In this document: positions 10,111 to 20,771 of the stretch, in pieces
How positions within the stretch are numbered: position 1 is the first letter of the stretch
Layout: each line of letters starts with the position of its first letter
Source of the DNA: Candidatus Latescibacterota bacterium
Lineage (GTDB): Bacteria; Latescibacterota; UBA2968; GCA-2709665
DNA length: 64,000 bases
Assembly: GCA_965222075.1 (NCBI GenBank)
Contig: OZ244937.1
Span: 4,064,001-4,128,000 of the forward strand
Direction: 5' to 3'
The notes under the pieces: generated by a model
What the model saw: the letters and a program-made list of their open reading frames with translations, nothing else
Database searches by the model: none
What the model was told of the DNA's origin: nothing
Translations under genes and position numbers: made by a program

Positions 10111-11682
10111 ATGAAAGGCATGATCACCGCGCCCCAGCCGCTGGCAGTGGACGCCGGCGCAAACGTGCTGGCAGATGGAGGAAACGCCGTTGACGCCGCG
10201 ACCACCGCAGCCTTCGTGCAGATGGTCACCACCCCGCGCAGCTGCGGCATCGGCGGCTTTGGCATGATGAACATCCACACCGCAGGGCAGGAGACCATAC
10301 TTGACTTTCACGGCAAGGCCGGCGCGAAGGCGGAACCCGCTATGTGGGAAGACCGGATCATTCGGGAGAACCTGACCGGCTACGGCTACACCCTCCAGGA
10401 CCAGGTCAACGAACGCGGGTACAAATCGATCACCACACCCGGCACGGTCGCCGGGCTTTACAAAGCCCAGACGGAATACGGCACCCTGCCGTGGCGCGAG
10501 GTTCTTCAGCCTGCGATCAAAGTCGCCGCCGAAGGGTTTGAAGTCACCAGCAGCACAGCCGAGGCCTGGAAACGCACGCCGGTCGGCTCAGAAACATCGC
10601 CGTGGATCGGCGTGGGGAAATCCCCCTACGAGGAAGGCGGGGAATTGATCGCCAACCCGGACATGGCCAGAACCTTCTCGATCCTCGCCGAAGGAAGCGC
10701 GGAAGTCTTCTACCGGGGCGACCTGGCCGAGCAGATTGCGGAGGACATGGAACGCGGCGGCGGGTTTGTCACTCTTGAGGATCTCAACCGCTACGAAGTC
10801 ACCGTCACCCAGCCGATCTATTCGGACTACCGGGGCTACACAATCGCCTCCAACCAGCCCCCCGGCGGCGGTGTCACCATTCTTCAGACGCTCAAAACAC
10901 TCGAAGGCTACGACCTCGCGCAAATGGGCTATCTCACGCCCGAATACGTCTACACCGTCTCCCTGGCGATGAAAGCTGCCTGGACGGACCGGGCCAACCT
11001 CGTCGGAGACTCCGCCTTTGTGGATGTCCCGATCGAAGACCTCCTCTCCGAAGACCGGGCGGTCCGATGGCGGCAGGTCATCGATGCGCGTGAAAAAATC
11101 ACGATCTCCCGCTGGCACCCTCAGGAATCACCCGACACCACCCACCTCTCTGTCGTCGATGTGTGGGGAAATGTCGTGGGCCTGACGCACTCATTGGGCT
11201 CGGGTTCTGACGTTATCACTCAGGGACTCGGATTTATGTACAACAACTGCATGAACTGCTTTAACCCGGTGCCCGGCCAGGTTAACTCCGTAGAACCCGG
11301 GAAATCCAGGATCACAGGCATGGCGCCCACGCTGGTAAAGATCGGGGAAAAACCTTATTTCACCGTCGGCGCGCCGGGCGGAACCCGGATCGTGACCGGA
11401 ATCCTGCACGCCATCCTCAACGTCATCGACCACCGCATGACCGCCACGGAGGCCATTGCGGGCCCCCGTTTCGACTGTCAGAGCGACGTCATCGTCGCGC
11501 AAGCCCGCATCCCTCCCTCCGTCTGTGACCGCGTAAAAGAAATCGGACACGATATCAACCGCAGTCTGGCGAGCTACGGCGGAATCGCGTCCGTTCACGG
11601 AATTGTCATCGACCCGGAGACGGGCGCCCTGGACGGAGGCGCCGATCCGGGCGATAGCGGGATGGCGATGGGCGTCAGGTGA
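10111..11682 (+). CDS. ggt: Gamma-glutamyltransferase family Ntn hydrolase
   Basis: GGNAVDAA, CGIGG, DTTHLSVVD (Thr nucleophile), GAPGGTRI, GGADP; AGGAG RBS before ATG 10111. Confidence 0.9.
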   Translation: MKGMITAPQPLAVDAGANVLADGGNAVDAATTAAFVQMVTTPRSCGIGGFGMMNIHTAGQETILDFHGKAGAKAEPAMWEDRIIRENLTGYGYTLQDQVNERGYKSITTPGTVAGLYKAQTEYGTLPWREVLQPAIKVAAEGFEVTSSTAEAWKRTPVGSETSPWIGVGKSPYEEGGELIANPDMARTFSILAEGSAEVFYRGDLAEQIAEDMERGGGFVTLEDLNRYEVTVTQPIYSDYRGYTIASNQPPGGGVTILQTLKTLEGYDLAQMGYLTPEYVYTVSLAMKAAWTDRANLVGDSAFVDVPIEDLLSEDRAVRWRQVIDAREKITISRWHPQESPDTTHLSVVDVWGNVVGLTHSLGSGSDVITQGLGFMYNNCMNCFNPVPGQVNSVEPGKSRITGMAPTLVKIGEKPYFTVGAPGGTRIVTGILHAILNVIDHRMTATEAIAGPRFDCQSDVIVAQARIPPSVCDRVKEIGHDINRSLASYGGIASVHGIVIDPETGALDGGADPGDSGMAMGVR

Positions 11683-11706
11683 AGCGTCTCGGAAGATAAA
11701 CGGCCA

Positions 11707-12750
11707 TCAACGAATTTCCAGTTCTCCTTTGCGATACGCACGCAGAAAATTCTTACAAAGAGGATCTTTCCCCAGGAGCATATCCTCGGCAAGCCGGTAA
11801 GGTTCTGCCTTCCGATCCAGGGAGAAAACATGCTGAGGGTTGCTGGTCACCGGATCGATAATCCCGCTGTCCGAACCGGCCTCAACGGCCAGAATGGTGA
11901 AAACGTCGTTAATAAGTTGGCGGCACGGCAGTCCGAAAGAGATATTGCTGAACCCACCTGCAATGTGGATTTTGGACCCGTACTTCTCTCGTAGCCGGCG
12001 AATGGCCTCGAAGCAGTGATTGCCAAATTCCGAATCTACCGAAATCGGGAATACCAGAGGATCGACGTAAATATCCTGAATCACAATCCCTTTGGCCAGG
12101 GCCGCGCCGATCATACGCGAAGCGTTGGAGACCCGTTCCTCGTCGTTCTGCGGCATGCCGCTCTCGCCGGCAGCCGTCACAACCACGCGGGAATCGTAGC
12201 GCCTGGCTATGTCTAAGGCCTCAAGGCGTTCCAGCGAAGCCGAGTTCAGCAGCGTCCGGCCTGCCCTGCCGTCGCAGGCTTCAAGCCCCACCCGGATCGT
12301 CTCGATGTTGGAGGAGTCCACAGACAGTGGAACCGGGCACACCTGCTGCACGGTGCGCACCAGCCACTGCATGGCCTCCTTCTGCTCCTCAAGGCGCAGT
12401 GAGATTTCGTCCACATTCAGATCTAAGAAGTCCGCCCCGGCATCCACCTGGCGCTGGACCAGCCGGTGCAGGTAGGCCAGTCCTTCACCGGCATCAGGCT
12501 CCTGCCCGGACATCGCGGCCTGCACGGCGATCTTGACGTATTTGACACGTCCTTCCTCGTAATCCTGCGTCCGTTTGACCTCTTCGGGAATCACGAGGTA
12601 GCGGCGTTTCTTTTGGGTGTCGTAATAGCGGACCGCCTCCATCCCATCGGGATTCTTCGTGACAAGCTTTCCTTTTCTCAGCACTACCCGGGTGGTATGG
12701 ATGTTTTCACCGATAACGATAAATTCACCTTCTCGACCGTCTATCTTCAC
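11707..12750 (-). CDS. Pterin-binding methyltetrahydrofolate:corrinoid methyltransferase (AcsE/MeTr-like)
   Basis: IGENIH, GADFLDLN, LSVDS, LNSA, VDPLVFP, GFSNISFGLP motifs. Confidence 0.85.
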   Translation of the reverse strand: MKIDGREGEFIVIGENIHTTRVVLRKGKLVTKNPDGMEAVRYYDTQKKRRYLVIPEEVKRTQDYEEGRVKYVKIAVQAAMSGQEPDAGEGLAYLHRLVQRQVDAGADFLDLNVDEISLRLEEQKEAMQWLVRTVQQVCPVPLSVDSSNIETIRVGLEACDGRAGRTLLNSASLERLEALDIARRYDSRVVVTAAGESGMPQNDEERVSNASRMIGAALAKGIVIQDIYVDPLVFPISVDSEFGNHCFEAIRRLREKYGSKIHIAGGFSNISFGLPCRQLINDVFTILAVEAGSDSGIIDPVTSNPQHVFSLDRKAEPYRLAEDMLLGKDPLCKNFLRAYRKGELEIR

Positions 12751-12760
12751 CGTGTCCTCC

Positions 12761-14362
12761 TCATTTCGTCCGGGCGTGGTGGTCCCGCTCCAGAAAGGTG
12801 TTCGCCCAGGCGCTGGTGCCTTTCAAGGCGCCATCCTTGAAGATCACCGGCCTATCCAGCATCTTCTCTTCATCTCCGTATACCTTAAGCCGCTCATAGG
12901 CCAGCGACCAGATGCACTCCTTCTCTCCCACCTCGCACTTCCCCTGGCGCGTTCCTCCGCAGGGGCCGTTGCGCTGGTTTTTAACGCATTGCGACTCGGG
13001 GCAGAGAAACGCGATATCCGGCAATGAGCAGTCGCCGCAGTCCTGACAATCGAAGCACAGTATCTTCACCGCCTGTTCGGCGCCATGCACGGCCTTCTGC
13101 AGGCCTCTCCCGGCGCGCTCGACCGCCTGGAAGATCTTCTTGCCGATACGAAACGCCAGGCGCCCCTTTTCGAAGACTTTGTCGTGCACCGAGCGGTTGA
13201 TTTTATAACCCAGGGAAACGCGTTGTCTGGAGGCCCTCAAGACCTCCGGACGCTTCGAATGGCGATATTGGCGGTTGATCCTGGTCGAGCTGAGCCCCGT
13301 CGTCGTATCGGGCTCAAAGAAAAAAAACTCCCCGGGCTGGTGGAAGAGGACCTCCTGAACAAAGTCTTTCCAATCCCCTTCTCCGAAGCGGCCGGCAATC
13401 TCTAAAATCCGCTCATAGTCCTCGTACTTCAGGTGTCCCCCCAGGTATACACCGCGATATCCCAGTCCTCTGGCAATGGCGCACTGCTTTGCGGCGAACT
13501 CCAAAAAGAAGGCCTTGCCCTTATCGCGCGACCGGGCGTGCTTTTGGGTCAATGCAAGCAGTTCATCCGTTACGATCACTCCGGGGATGTTGCCCGCGTG
13601 AAAAAACCGGGCCGCAGCCGGGCTGAGCACATAAACGTTGGCCAGCACCGGCACCTGGAGATCGTGAAGCGCCATATACTTCAACAACTCGTCCTGTTTG
13701 CGCGCGTCATACCCGATCTGGTTGATGATGAACGCAGCGCCACTCTCAACCTTTTTGGCCAGCTTGAAATACTGCGGCATCACCTCACGTTCGTAGCGCT
13801 TGTGGTTGTTCACCACTGCGCCTAAGAAAAAATGCGTGGGCGCCAGAACATGATCGGCCCTGCCACTGTCCACCCGCATACCGGAATTCATCTCGAAGAA
13901 CATCTTCAACAGGCCAACCGAGTCGATATCAAACACACCGCCTGCCTGCCCATTATATCCGCTGACAGGATAGTCGCCCGACAGCGCCAGCACGTTGTTG
14001 AATCCTTCGCTGGCGAGTTGCCAGCCTCTGCCCAGCAGGGCATTCCGGTTCCAGTCCTTGCACGAAAGGTGAATGATGACCTCCTGCCCCCGGGCCAGCA
14101 GGTCGGTTCCCATGGTATCGGCGTTGATCATGGCGTTGCCGCCTGGATTATCGGTGATACTCAGGGCGTGCACCTGCGGATGTTCGGCAAGTTCTCGCGC
14201 AAGCTTCAACACCAGGCGCCCACGGCGCTCGGTAATGACGCCGCGAGAATTGACCAGTTCCACGCAGGTAACGAACGTATCCGTCTCCTGAAGCAGGTAG
14301 CGCAAGGCGTGCTTCTGCCAGGCGCCCAGGCTGTGGTTCGCTTTCTCAGGGGGTGTAGCCAT
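12761..14362 (-). CDS. metF: Methylenetetrahydrofolate reductase with fused C-terminal Cys-rich MetV-like (MTHFR_C) domain
   Basis: ITDNPGG, HLSCKDWN, LSGD, KKVESGAAFIINQ; C-terminal CQDCGDC..CPESQCVKNQRNGPCGG..C..C. Confidence 0.85.
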   Translation of the reverse strand: MATPPEKANHSLGAWQKHALRYLLQETDTFVTCVELVNSRGVITERRGRLVLKLARELAEHPQVHALSITDNPGGNAMINADTMGTDLLARGQEVIIHLSCKDWNRNALLGRGWQLASEGFNNVLALSGDYPVSGYNGQAGGVFDIDSVGLLKMFFEMNSGMRVDSGRADHVLAPTHFFLGAVVNNHKRYEREVMPQYFKLAKKVESGAAFIINQIGYDARKQDELLKYMALHDLQVPVLANVYVLSPAAARFFHAGNIPGVIVTDELLALTQKHARSRDKGKAFFLEFAAKQCAIARGLGYRGVYLGGHLKYEDYERILEIAGRFGEGDWKDFVQEVLFHQPGEFFFFEPDTTTGLSSTRINRQYRHSKRPEVLRASRQRVSLGYKINRSVHDKVFEKGRLAFRIGKKIFQAVERAGRGLQKAVHGAEQAVKILCFDCQDCGDCSLPDIAFLCPESQCVKNQRNGPCGGTRQGKCEVGEKECIWSLAYERLKVYGDEEKMLDRPVIFKDGALKGTSAWANTFLERDHHARTK

Positions 14363-14455
14363 AGCTATATACTCACAATGTGAAGCAGCTCTGCAAATTG
14401 CTGTTCTCGCGGTTCCTTCTCGATGCGTGTCACGTCACCTCACACTCCTGAAGGA

Positions 14456-15400
14456 TCATCCGTCCTTGCGAATCTGCTCCGTCTGCCTGGCCACCGTTGC
14501 AAGCTGGTCTTCATCCCATGCCTCTTGCTGCTGCAATGCATACAGCGATGTATAACCGTCCGACCAGTCCGGGGGAACCAGGCAGGGGCGGTCATCGTGG
14601 TGTGCCCAGCGTACAGGGTTACCCCGTACAATGGTTCCTTCGTATCGACTGGGGAGTGGATTGGGAGTGTAGGTAAATGCATCGGCAGACGAATACGCGT
14701 TCAGCAGCAGGGGACGCCCCCTGTCGGAAAGATTTGGCCTGGAGCCATGAATTACACGACAGTTATGAATGGTGATGGACCCGGCCGGCCCCGTCAGGTA
14801 CTTGACCTTCTCCGTATCGATGCGTTTGACGTCTTCGCCGCCTATGCAGCCCACCCATTGATCCCTGGCATCGTATTGGTTGAAGAGTTCGCCATTGTGG
14901 CTGCCCGGGATGGCGCCAAGCGGACCCTGATCGTCGCCCACATCATGAAGATAAAGGCCTATTGTGAGCGGACTGTAGTTGGTGTGTGGCCAGTACGTAA
15001 TGTCCTGATGCCACTTTACCTCCTCGCCGCCTTCTGCCCATTTGAAATTCAGTTTGGAGTGGTGGAATTTCACATCCGGCCCCACCAGATCGGCTGCCAC
15101 GTCGGCAATGATCGACTGCGAAGCGAACTCCCAGTAGGCCGGGTGATGTTCCACGGGGCTGCTCAACCGACGAAGACGCGGATCGTCCGCCGTGTGACCG
15201 GGCTCCAGATCGAACACGACGTCCGACTTGCTCACGGAACGGCTGCGCTGCACCATTTCGTTTGTGACGTCAATCAGGCGCTCAACCCAGTCCTGCGGCA
15301 CAATGGATTCAACGAGCAGGTATCCGTTATCAAAGTAGAATTGACGTTGCTCCTGGGTGAGCACCTCAGGTTTGTGAGACAATATCTCCTCGGGCGTCAT
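14456..15400 (-). CDS. PhyH-family Fe(II)/2-oxoglutarate dioxygenase
   Basis: KLNFK..WHQD, IPGSH, IHGS..N.S..R; GGAGG RBS. Confidence 0.9.
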   Translation of the reverse strand: MTPEEILSHKPEVLTQEQRQFYFDNGYLLVESIVPQDWVERLIDVTNEMVQRSRSVSKSDVVFDLEPGHTADDPRLRRLSSPVEHHPAYWEFASQSIIADVAADLVGPDVKFHHSKLNFKWAEGGEEVKWHQDITYWPHTNYSPLTIGLYLHDVGDDQGPLGAIPGSHNGELFNQYDARDQWVGCIGGEDVKRIDTEKVKYLTGPAGSITIHNCRVIHGSRPNLSDRGRPLLLNAYSSADAFTYTPNPLPSRYEGTIVRGNPVRWAHHDDRPCLVPPDWSDGYTSLYALQQQEAWDEDQLATVARQTEQIRKDG

Positions 15401-15587
15401 CGAACAGCCTCCTTCTATGAGAAACCAACGATGAGGTTGCGACTGAGCTATGCGAAATTCAGAATTTAGACAAACCACTTCTCTTCAGCAAGCCATATTG
15501 CCGTTGTCCAAACGAACATAATGTTGTATTTTGTCAGCAGCACCGACCGATTGTCGGCGGTAGACCACTGGCGAAGAGAGGAGCTTT

Positions 15588-16451
15588 ATGGAACAATGCA
15601 CGGTATTGGGCACAACCGATCTCCAGGTGAGCCGCCTGGGATTTGGGGCTGCCCGGATTGGCGAGGGCGTGCCCCCCGACCGGGTGGAAGTCCTGCTCAA
15701 CACCCTCCTTGACCTGGGTATCACCTTTATCGACACGGCGGATTGTTATGCAAATAGCGAAGCGCTGATCGGCCGCTTCCTCGGTCATCGTCTGCAGGAG
15801 TGCGTTCTGGCCACCAAGTGCGGCTGCATCATCGGTGGGGCCAAGGGCGAACCCTACTCACGATCCATCATCGCCGAGAGCATCGACCGCTCCCTGCAGC
15901 GACTGGGCGTTGACCACCTTGACCTGGTGCTGCTCCACACCTGCTCGGCGGAGGTGCTGCGCGCCGGTGAGGCGGCCGAGGCGCTGCTGCAGGCGAAGGT
16001 AGCCGGCAAGGTGCGGTACACAGGGTACAGCGGCGACGGGGAAGACGCCCTGCAGGCGATTTCCATGGGAGCTTTCGATGCCCTCCAGGTGACCTTCAAC
16101 CTGGTGAACCAGGTGGCACTGGGGGATGTGTTGCCGGCGGCAGAGCGGGCCGGAATGGGCGTGATCGCCAAGCGTCCCATCGCCAACGCCCAGCTCCTCA
16201 ATACGGGTTCTCCCTACTTCCGCGAAGGAGGGCATTGGGACCCGGTGCGGCAGCTGCTGGCAGAGGAAGGAGTCTGGGAGGATGCACTGGAGCTCTCCCT
16301 GCGCTTCACCCTATCCCACGACGTCATCAACAGCGCCATCGTCGGCACCACCGATGCCGATCACGCACGGGCCAACGCTCGGCGCTCGGCGGCAGGGCCT
16401 CTGCCGTTACATGTCGTGGAGGCCCTTCATCGGTTGGGGCGCGATTTCTAA
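15588..16451 (+). CDS. Aldo/keto reductase
   Basis: IDTADCY, ATKCG, SLQRLGVDHLDLVLLH motifs. Confidence 0.92.
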   Translation: MEQCTVLGTTDLQVSRLGFGAARIGEGVPPDRVEVLLNTLLDLGITFIDTADCYANSEALIGRFLGHRLQECVLATKCGCIIGGAKGEPYSRSIIAESIDRSLQRLGVDHLDLVLLHTCSAEVLRAGEAAEALLQAKVAGKVRYTGYSGDGEDALQAISMGAFDALQVTFNLVNQVALGDVLPAAERAGMGVIAKRPIANAQLLNTGSPYFREGGHWDPVRQLLAEEGVWEDALELSLRFTLSHDVINSAIVGTTDADHARANARRSAAGPLPLHVVEALHRLGRDF

Positions 16452-16478
16452 GAAGCTGTCTTAAAACCCCCAGCGGTC
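16449..16478. repeat. Solo/truncated left end of the MITE-like element family
   Basis: TAAGAAGCTGTCTTAAAACCCCCAGCGGTC starts at the AKR stop codon; last 23 bp identical to 56388-56410. Confidence 0.65.
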
Positions 16479-16549
16479 ATCGGCTGGCGGCGGTCCGAGT
16501 ACAGCCCATTGTTATGAAGCTGTTCTGATACTGCACCTGAGACGCTACA

Positions 16550-17653
16550 TCATTCATAAATGTCGAGCGGCTTCCCCAGAACATCGAACCTGGGTTCAAC
16601 ACCCAGGCCGGGGGCTTCCGGTGCAAAGAGCTTTCCCGATTCGACTGCCGGGCCTGGGCAGCCCGTGGAGATCGTGGTGTAGTTGTGCAGGTCCGTCGAG
16701 CTCATCAGAAGCTCCTGCGGCGTGGAAACCGCCAGATGTGCATGCGCAGCCGTTACGATCTCTCCTCCCCACACATCCTCGATCACCAGCGCGATCCCAT
16801 GTTCCACACACAGATCTCGAATCCGGCGAGACTTCGTCAGTCCACCCTCCCTCGAGACCTTGATGCTGAGGACCTCTGCGGCCCGATCTGCGATCATCCG
16901 TTCGACCATTCGAATATTCCCCACGCATTCGTCGAGTTTCATCGGATGGCTTGTGCTGCGCCGAACATGCAAACACGCCTCATAGGTAAGACAGGGCTGT
17001 TCTACATAGAAGTCCAGGTCTTGTACCGCACGCACAACGCGAACGGCTTCATCCATACGCCAACCCGTGTTGGCATCCACAAATGCGCGTTCTCCCGGCT
17101 TTAGATTGGGAACAGTAGCGCGAATTCGTTCGATATCCTCATCGGGGTCCGAGCCCACCTTGATCTGGAATACCCTGTACCCGGCTTCCCGGTATTTTTG
17201 CATCTCGCCCGCCATCGCATCGGGCGCAGCCTGAGGAACCACCCGGTATATCGGTGCGTACTCTGAGAGTTTCCCTCCCAATAGCATGTAGACGGGAAGA
17301 CCCGTGCTTTTGCCAAGGATATCCCAGCAGGCGGCATCGAAGGCGGACTTGGCGTATCCATGCCCTTTCAGGACTTCATCCATAATACGTTCAATTCGCC
17401 CGATCTGCCGCGGATCTTCTCCCAGTAACGCCCGGGCCAAACGCGGCGCCGCAGACCGGACGCCTTCCGGGTATGCCTCTGCGTAATTGCCTTCCATCGG
17501 GCAGCATTCGCCACACCCATAGACACCGGCGTCCGTTTCAATGGTGACCACCGTTGTATCGCCAACTTCAAAAACGCGCCCGGGCCCCCACGTGTAAGCC
17601 CCCCCAACATATGGAAGACCCGTGCGATAAACGGCAACTCGACTGATTCGCAC
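16550..17653 (-). CDS. Enolase-superfamily enzyme, cis-3-hydroxy-L-proline dehydratase / proline-betaine epimerase-like
   Basis: ECCP, FQIKVG, DANTGW, EQPCLTYE, IEDVWGG, AHLAVSTP match the c3LHyp dehydratase/HpbD subgroup as recalled. Confidence 0.75.
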   Translation of the reverse strand: MRISRVAVYRTGLPYVGGAYTWGPGRVFEVGDTTVVTIETDAGVYGCGECCPMEGNYAEAYPEGVRSAAPRLARALLGEDPRQIGRIERIMDEVLKGHGYAKSAFDAACWDILGKSTGLPVYMLLGGKLSEYAPIYRVVPQAAPDAMAGEMQKYREAGYRVFQIKVGSDPDEDIERIRATVPNLKPGERAFVDANTGWRMDEAVRVVRAVQDLDFYVEQPCLTYEACLHVRRSTSHPMKLDECVGNIRMVERMIADRAAEVLSIKVSREGGLTKSRRIRDLCVEHGIALVIEDVWGGEIVTAAHAHLAVSTPQELLMSSTDLHNYTTISTGCPGPAVESGKLFAPEAPGLGVEPRFDVLGKPLDIYE

Positions 17654-17659
17654 GACGCA

Positions 17660-18991
17660 TCACCCCGCACAAAGTGTCAGTGTCTCAAGCAACTCGACAC
17701 TGGTATCGGCCCACAGCCCTGCGGTCCCTTTTGGCGCGCGGACGTGCCGACAGAGCCTGGTCTCATAGCTTCCCTCGTCGAGTGCCCGATCGGTTGCTAC
17801 GTAGCCCACGGAACCATTCGCCAGTCCCACGACCATCGTCTGACCCATGGAAGATCGGGCCTTGATGTCCAGCCCCACCTCGGCAAACACCTCTCCGTGC
17901 AGTCCGACAATCCCCAGATCGCCAATCCGCAGCGCTTGAACGGGGATGTCCCACTCCGACGCGCTTTCGTTGAGAAGAACGATCTCGCGCGCATATACCC
18001 ACTCCGTGTCGCCCCAGTTCTCGCCGGACGCATACAGTTCCCTGGCCGAGGCAAGCTCCTCGGCAGTCGGTGTCCTTGCGCGGAAGGGAATCCGCCTCAG
18101 GATTGCTCCCAGGGCGATATCCGATTTGAAGTCATCCTCCCGGAGCAAATTCCATTGTTTCCATGCCTCCGCCGCGACGACGTTGCCCACCCGCTCAATC
18201 TCGCCATAGGCGTGCGTGGGACGCCGGGCGGGACGGGTAAAATCGCAATTGTTTATGTCGCCCTGGCATCCGTTGGCCATACTGGCAACAAACTCCCCTC
18301 CGGCCATCCGCTGGAGAGCAGCGCCGAAAGCACTGAAGTAGTCAGCAGACACCCAACTCCCCTGAGACGTACCCACGTAGTGCAGACTCAGGTTCGCATA
18401 CACCGCAACAGGATGCCGTCCCGTCGACTCACGGATCACCAGCAGGCCCAACTGGGGATCCGTCGGCCCCGCCGGCCTGATTGCATCCGGATTCTCGTAC
18501 CCCGGGTTCATGCGAACCGAACCGTCCACCATGTGCCAGCGACGGTTATGGACCTCTTCGCCGCAGTTCCCCGACGCGTGCGCCGCCTCGGCGGGAACTT
18601 GGTCCCGGGCTGCCATAAGCATCGCATCGGCGATCCTCGGGATGAGGGACTCCGCATACGCCGGCTCATCGGGCGTACCCAGTGCGCCCACCGCGCTGGG
18701 TGCCGTATGCGTATGCGTTGACGATATCAGCACATGATCGGGTGGAATCCCCGTCTGCTCATTGATCCGGGCCTTGGCAGCTTCAACCACGCGAACCGGA
18801 ACATCAATCAGATCACAGGTTATCAGCCCCAGGGTCATCTCCCCGTCACTTAACGCAACCGCTCTCGCATACAGCTCATCGTAGATGCGATCGGCCGTCC
18901 GATCTTGGAAACTGCCGACGAGGTGACACCCCAGGTTCGGCGTGATATTTGTCTTTGCCGCTCCCGCCTTCAACGTTCCCATCGTTGCCAT
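17660..18991 (-). CDS. Neutral/alkaline ceramidase-like hydrolase
   Basis: STHTHTAP, NRR, GPTDP, SADY, GCQGDIN, GLANG..GY motifs. Confidence 0.75.
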   Translation of the reverse strand: MATMGTLKAGAAKTNITPNLGCHLVGSFQDRTADRIYDELYARAVALSDGEMTLGLITCDLIDVPVRVVEAAKARINEQTGIPPDHVLISSTHTHTAPSAVGALGTPDEPAYAESLIPRIADAMLMAARDQVPAEAAHASGNCGEEVHNRRWHMVDGSVRMNPGYENPDAIRPAGPTDPQLGLLVIRESTGRHPVAVYANLSLHYVGTSQGSWVSADYFSAFGAALQRMAGGEFVASMANGCQGDINNCDFTRPARRPTHAYGEIERVGNVVAAEAWKQWNLLREDDFKSDIALGAILRRIPFRARTPTAEELASARELYASGENWGDTEWVYAREIVLLNESASEWDIPVQALRIGDLGIVGLHGEVFAEVGLDIKARSSMGQTMVVGLANGSVGYVATDRALDEGSYETRLCRHVRAPKGTAGLWADTSVELLETLTLCAG

Positions 18992-19128
18992 TCCTCTCCT
19001 CAGATGTGTGCGTGTCCTTCACTCGCCTCCCTCGGAAAAGCTCAGCCGCGCCCCGGTAGCGGCGTCGGCTGGAGCGAATAGAAAAATTCTGGGAGTTATT
19101 TCTTAACATCGACCTTCGGACCTGATGT

Positions 19129-20763
19129 TTAAGACACTGCCGATGATACAAATTCCGTCGGCATCGGCTTGAATTGGCACCCTTCCACGAACACTTCGAA
19201 GAAATCCGGTGTCGTCTCCAGTTCGATATGTTCGATCTCTTTCACCAGCGCCTCTATGGACTCGCGTCTTTTCCGGGAAAGCAGCACTTCTCTGGCCCCC
19301 TGAACCGCCGCATTCCCGATTTTCACAATCCGATCTTCGGCCACCGGGACCAGAAACCCGATCTCAATCGCATTTTGAACATTCACATAATTGGCGAACC
19401 CCCCGGCCAGAAAAAGCTTGCCGATATCCGCCGGATTGATGCCAAAATGCCGCATCACGATAAACTGACCGCAATAATTCGCCGCCTTGGCCTGCGCCAG
19501 ATTGCTGGCATCTTCCCGGGACAACGTAATCCCGTACTCGGGCACAACCGTCATCTCATAAGACCTATCCGTAAACATCCCCTTGGGCTTCATACGGCCG
19601 TGCCGTCGAAGCTCCGCCAGCAGATCGATCAAACCGGAGCCACAGATCCCTTGCGGTTGCACATCGCCGATTGTTCGATACACAATCTCATCGTCTTCTA
19701 TGCGGATTGACTCAATCGCACCTTCATAACCCGGCATCCCGTACTGAATCAGCCCGCCCTCAAACGCAGGCCCGGCCGGGCAGGAAGCCGTCAGCAGCCG
19801 CCCCGGGTGTCCCACCACCACCTCCGTATTGGTCCCCACATCCACCAGCATCACCACACCTTCCTGAGACGCCATATCCATCGCCACCAGGTCGGCTGCC
19901 GTATCCGCCCCTACATGGCTGGCAATCAGCGGCATCCCGTAGACCTTCCCCTTCGGATTTGCCCGCAGCCCCAGGCGCCGCGTGCCTTCAAGCAGCGACG
20001 TCGTCTCCCGTTCGCCCGCAAGATACGCATGCTCCACCCCGGACTTATAAGGTTTCTGACCGATGCCCTGCACATCCAGCTTAAAAAAAATATCGCGCAT
20101 CGTGGAATTGCCCGCTACGACCACCTCGTAAATCTCCTGACGGACAAACCCGAAGCGTTTCCCCAGCTCCAGGATTTCGTGGTTGAGCGCATTCACAATC
20201 GCCTTCTGCAACTCCCCCTGAAACTCTCCATCGTAAGAAATCCGGTGCATTACATCGCTGCCTCCGAACCGCTGGGGGTTCTCGAAGGAACTGACGTGAA
20301 CACTCTTTCCCGTCTCCAAGTCCACCAGGTCCATCACCACCGTTGTGGTGCCCAGATCCATCGCAATCCCGTACAGGTGCCCGCGGTACGTATCGACCAC
20401 CTCGCCGTCGTAAAAAACAACATCCCCCCGGCGTGTGACCAGGGGGGCCGATTCAACGGGTTTTTCCCGCGTGACGGAAAGGATCTTGGGGGTGCGCCTC
20501 AGAGGCGAGAATTGGATATCAACCCCGGCGTCTTCAACCACCACCTGGCAGGCAAGGCGGTAGTTCTCCCGCAAAAACGACTCCGCATCGGTCCGGGGCC
20601 CCAGCGCCTCCATCCCCCGCTTGATCTCAACCACACACTCGTGACAGTGCCCGGTGCGCCCGCAGGAGGTGGGCACCTGGACCGCCAGTTCATCCGCATA
20701 GTCAAAAACCGTCTTCCCGGCTACAAGGTCACATGCCTTGCCATCGTGAGATATTGTACCCAT
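19129..20763 (-). CDS. Reductive activator of corrinoid proteins (RACo, ASKHA/DUF4445) with N-terminal 2Fe-2S domain
   Basis: CGRTGHCHEC..RLACQ; DLGTTTV, DVGTNTE, CPAGPAFEG, GICGSGLID, LAGGF. Confidence 0.9.
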   Translation of the reverse strand: MGTISHDGKACDLVAGKTVFDYADELAVQVPTSCGRTGHCHECVVEIKRGMEALGPRTDAESFLRENYRLACQVVVEDAGVDIQFSPLRRTPKILSVTREKPVESAPLVTRRGDVVFYDGEVVDTYRGHLYGIAMDLGTTTVVMDLVDLETGKSVHVSSFENPQRFGGSDVMHRISYDGEFQGELQKAIVNALNHEILELGKRFGFVRQEIYEVVVAGNSTMRDIFFKLDVQGIGQKPYKSGVEHAYLAGERETTSLLEGTRRLGLRANPKGKVYGMPLIASHVGADTAADLVAMDMASQEGVVMLVDVGTNTEVVVGHPGRLLTASCPAGPAFEGGLIQYGMPGYEGAIESIRIEDDEIVYRTIGDVQPQGICGSGLIDLLAELRRHGRMKPKGMFTDRSYEMTVVPEYGITLSREDASNLAQAKAANYCGQFIVMRHFGINPADIGKLFLAGGFANYVNVQNAIEIGFLVPVAEDRIVKIGNAAVQGAREVLLSRKRRESIEALVKEIEHIELETTPDFFEVFVEGCQFKPMPTEFVSSAVS

Positions 20764-20771
20764 GCGACGGT

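Noticed and set aside
19020-19140. Additional degenerate MITE end at the RACo stop
   Set aside because: Similarity (GTGTCTTAAA, GAATTTT) is too short to distinguish from chance; it may simply be a terminator-like hairpin.
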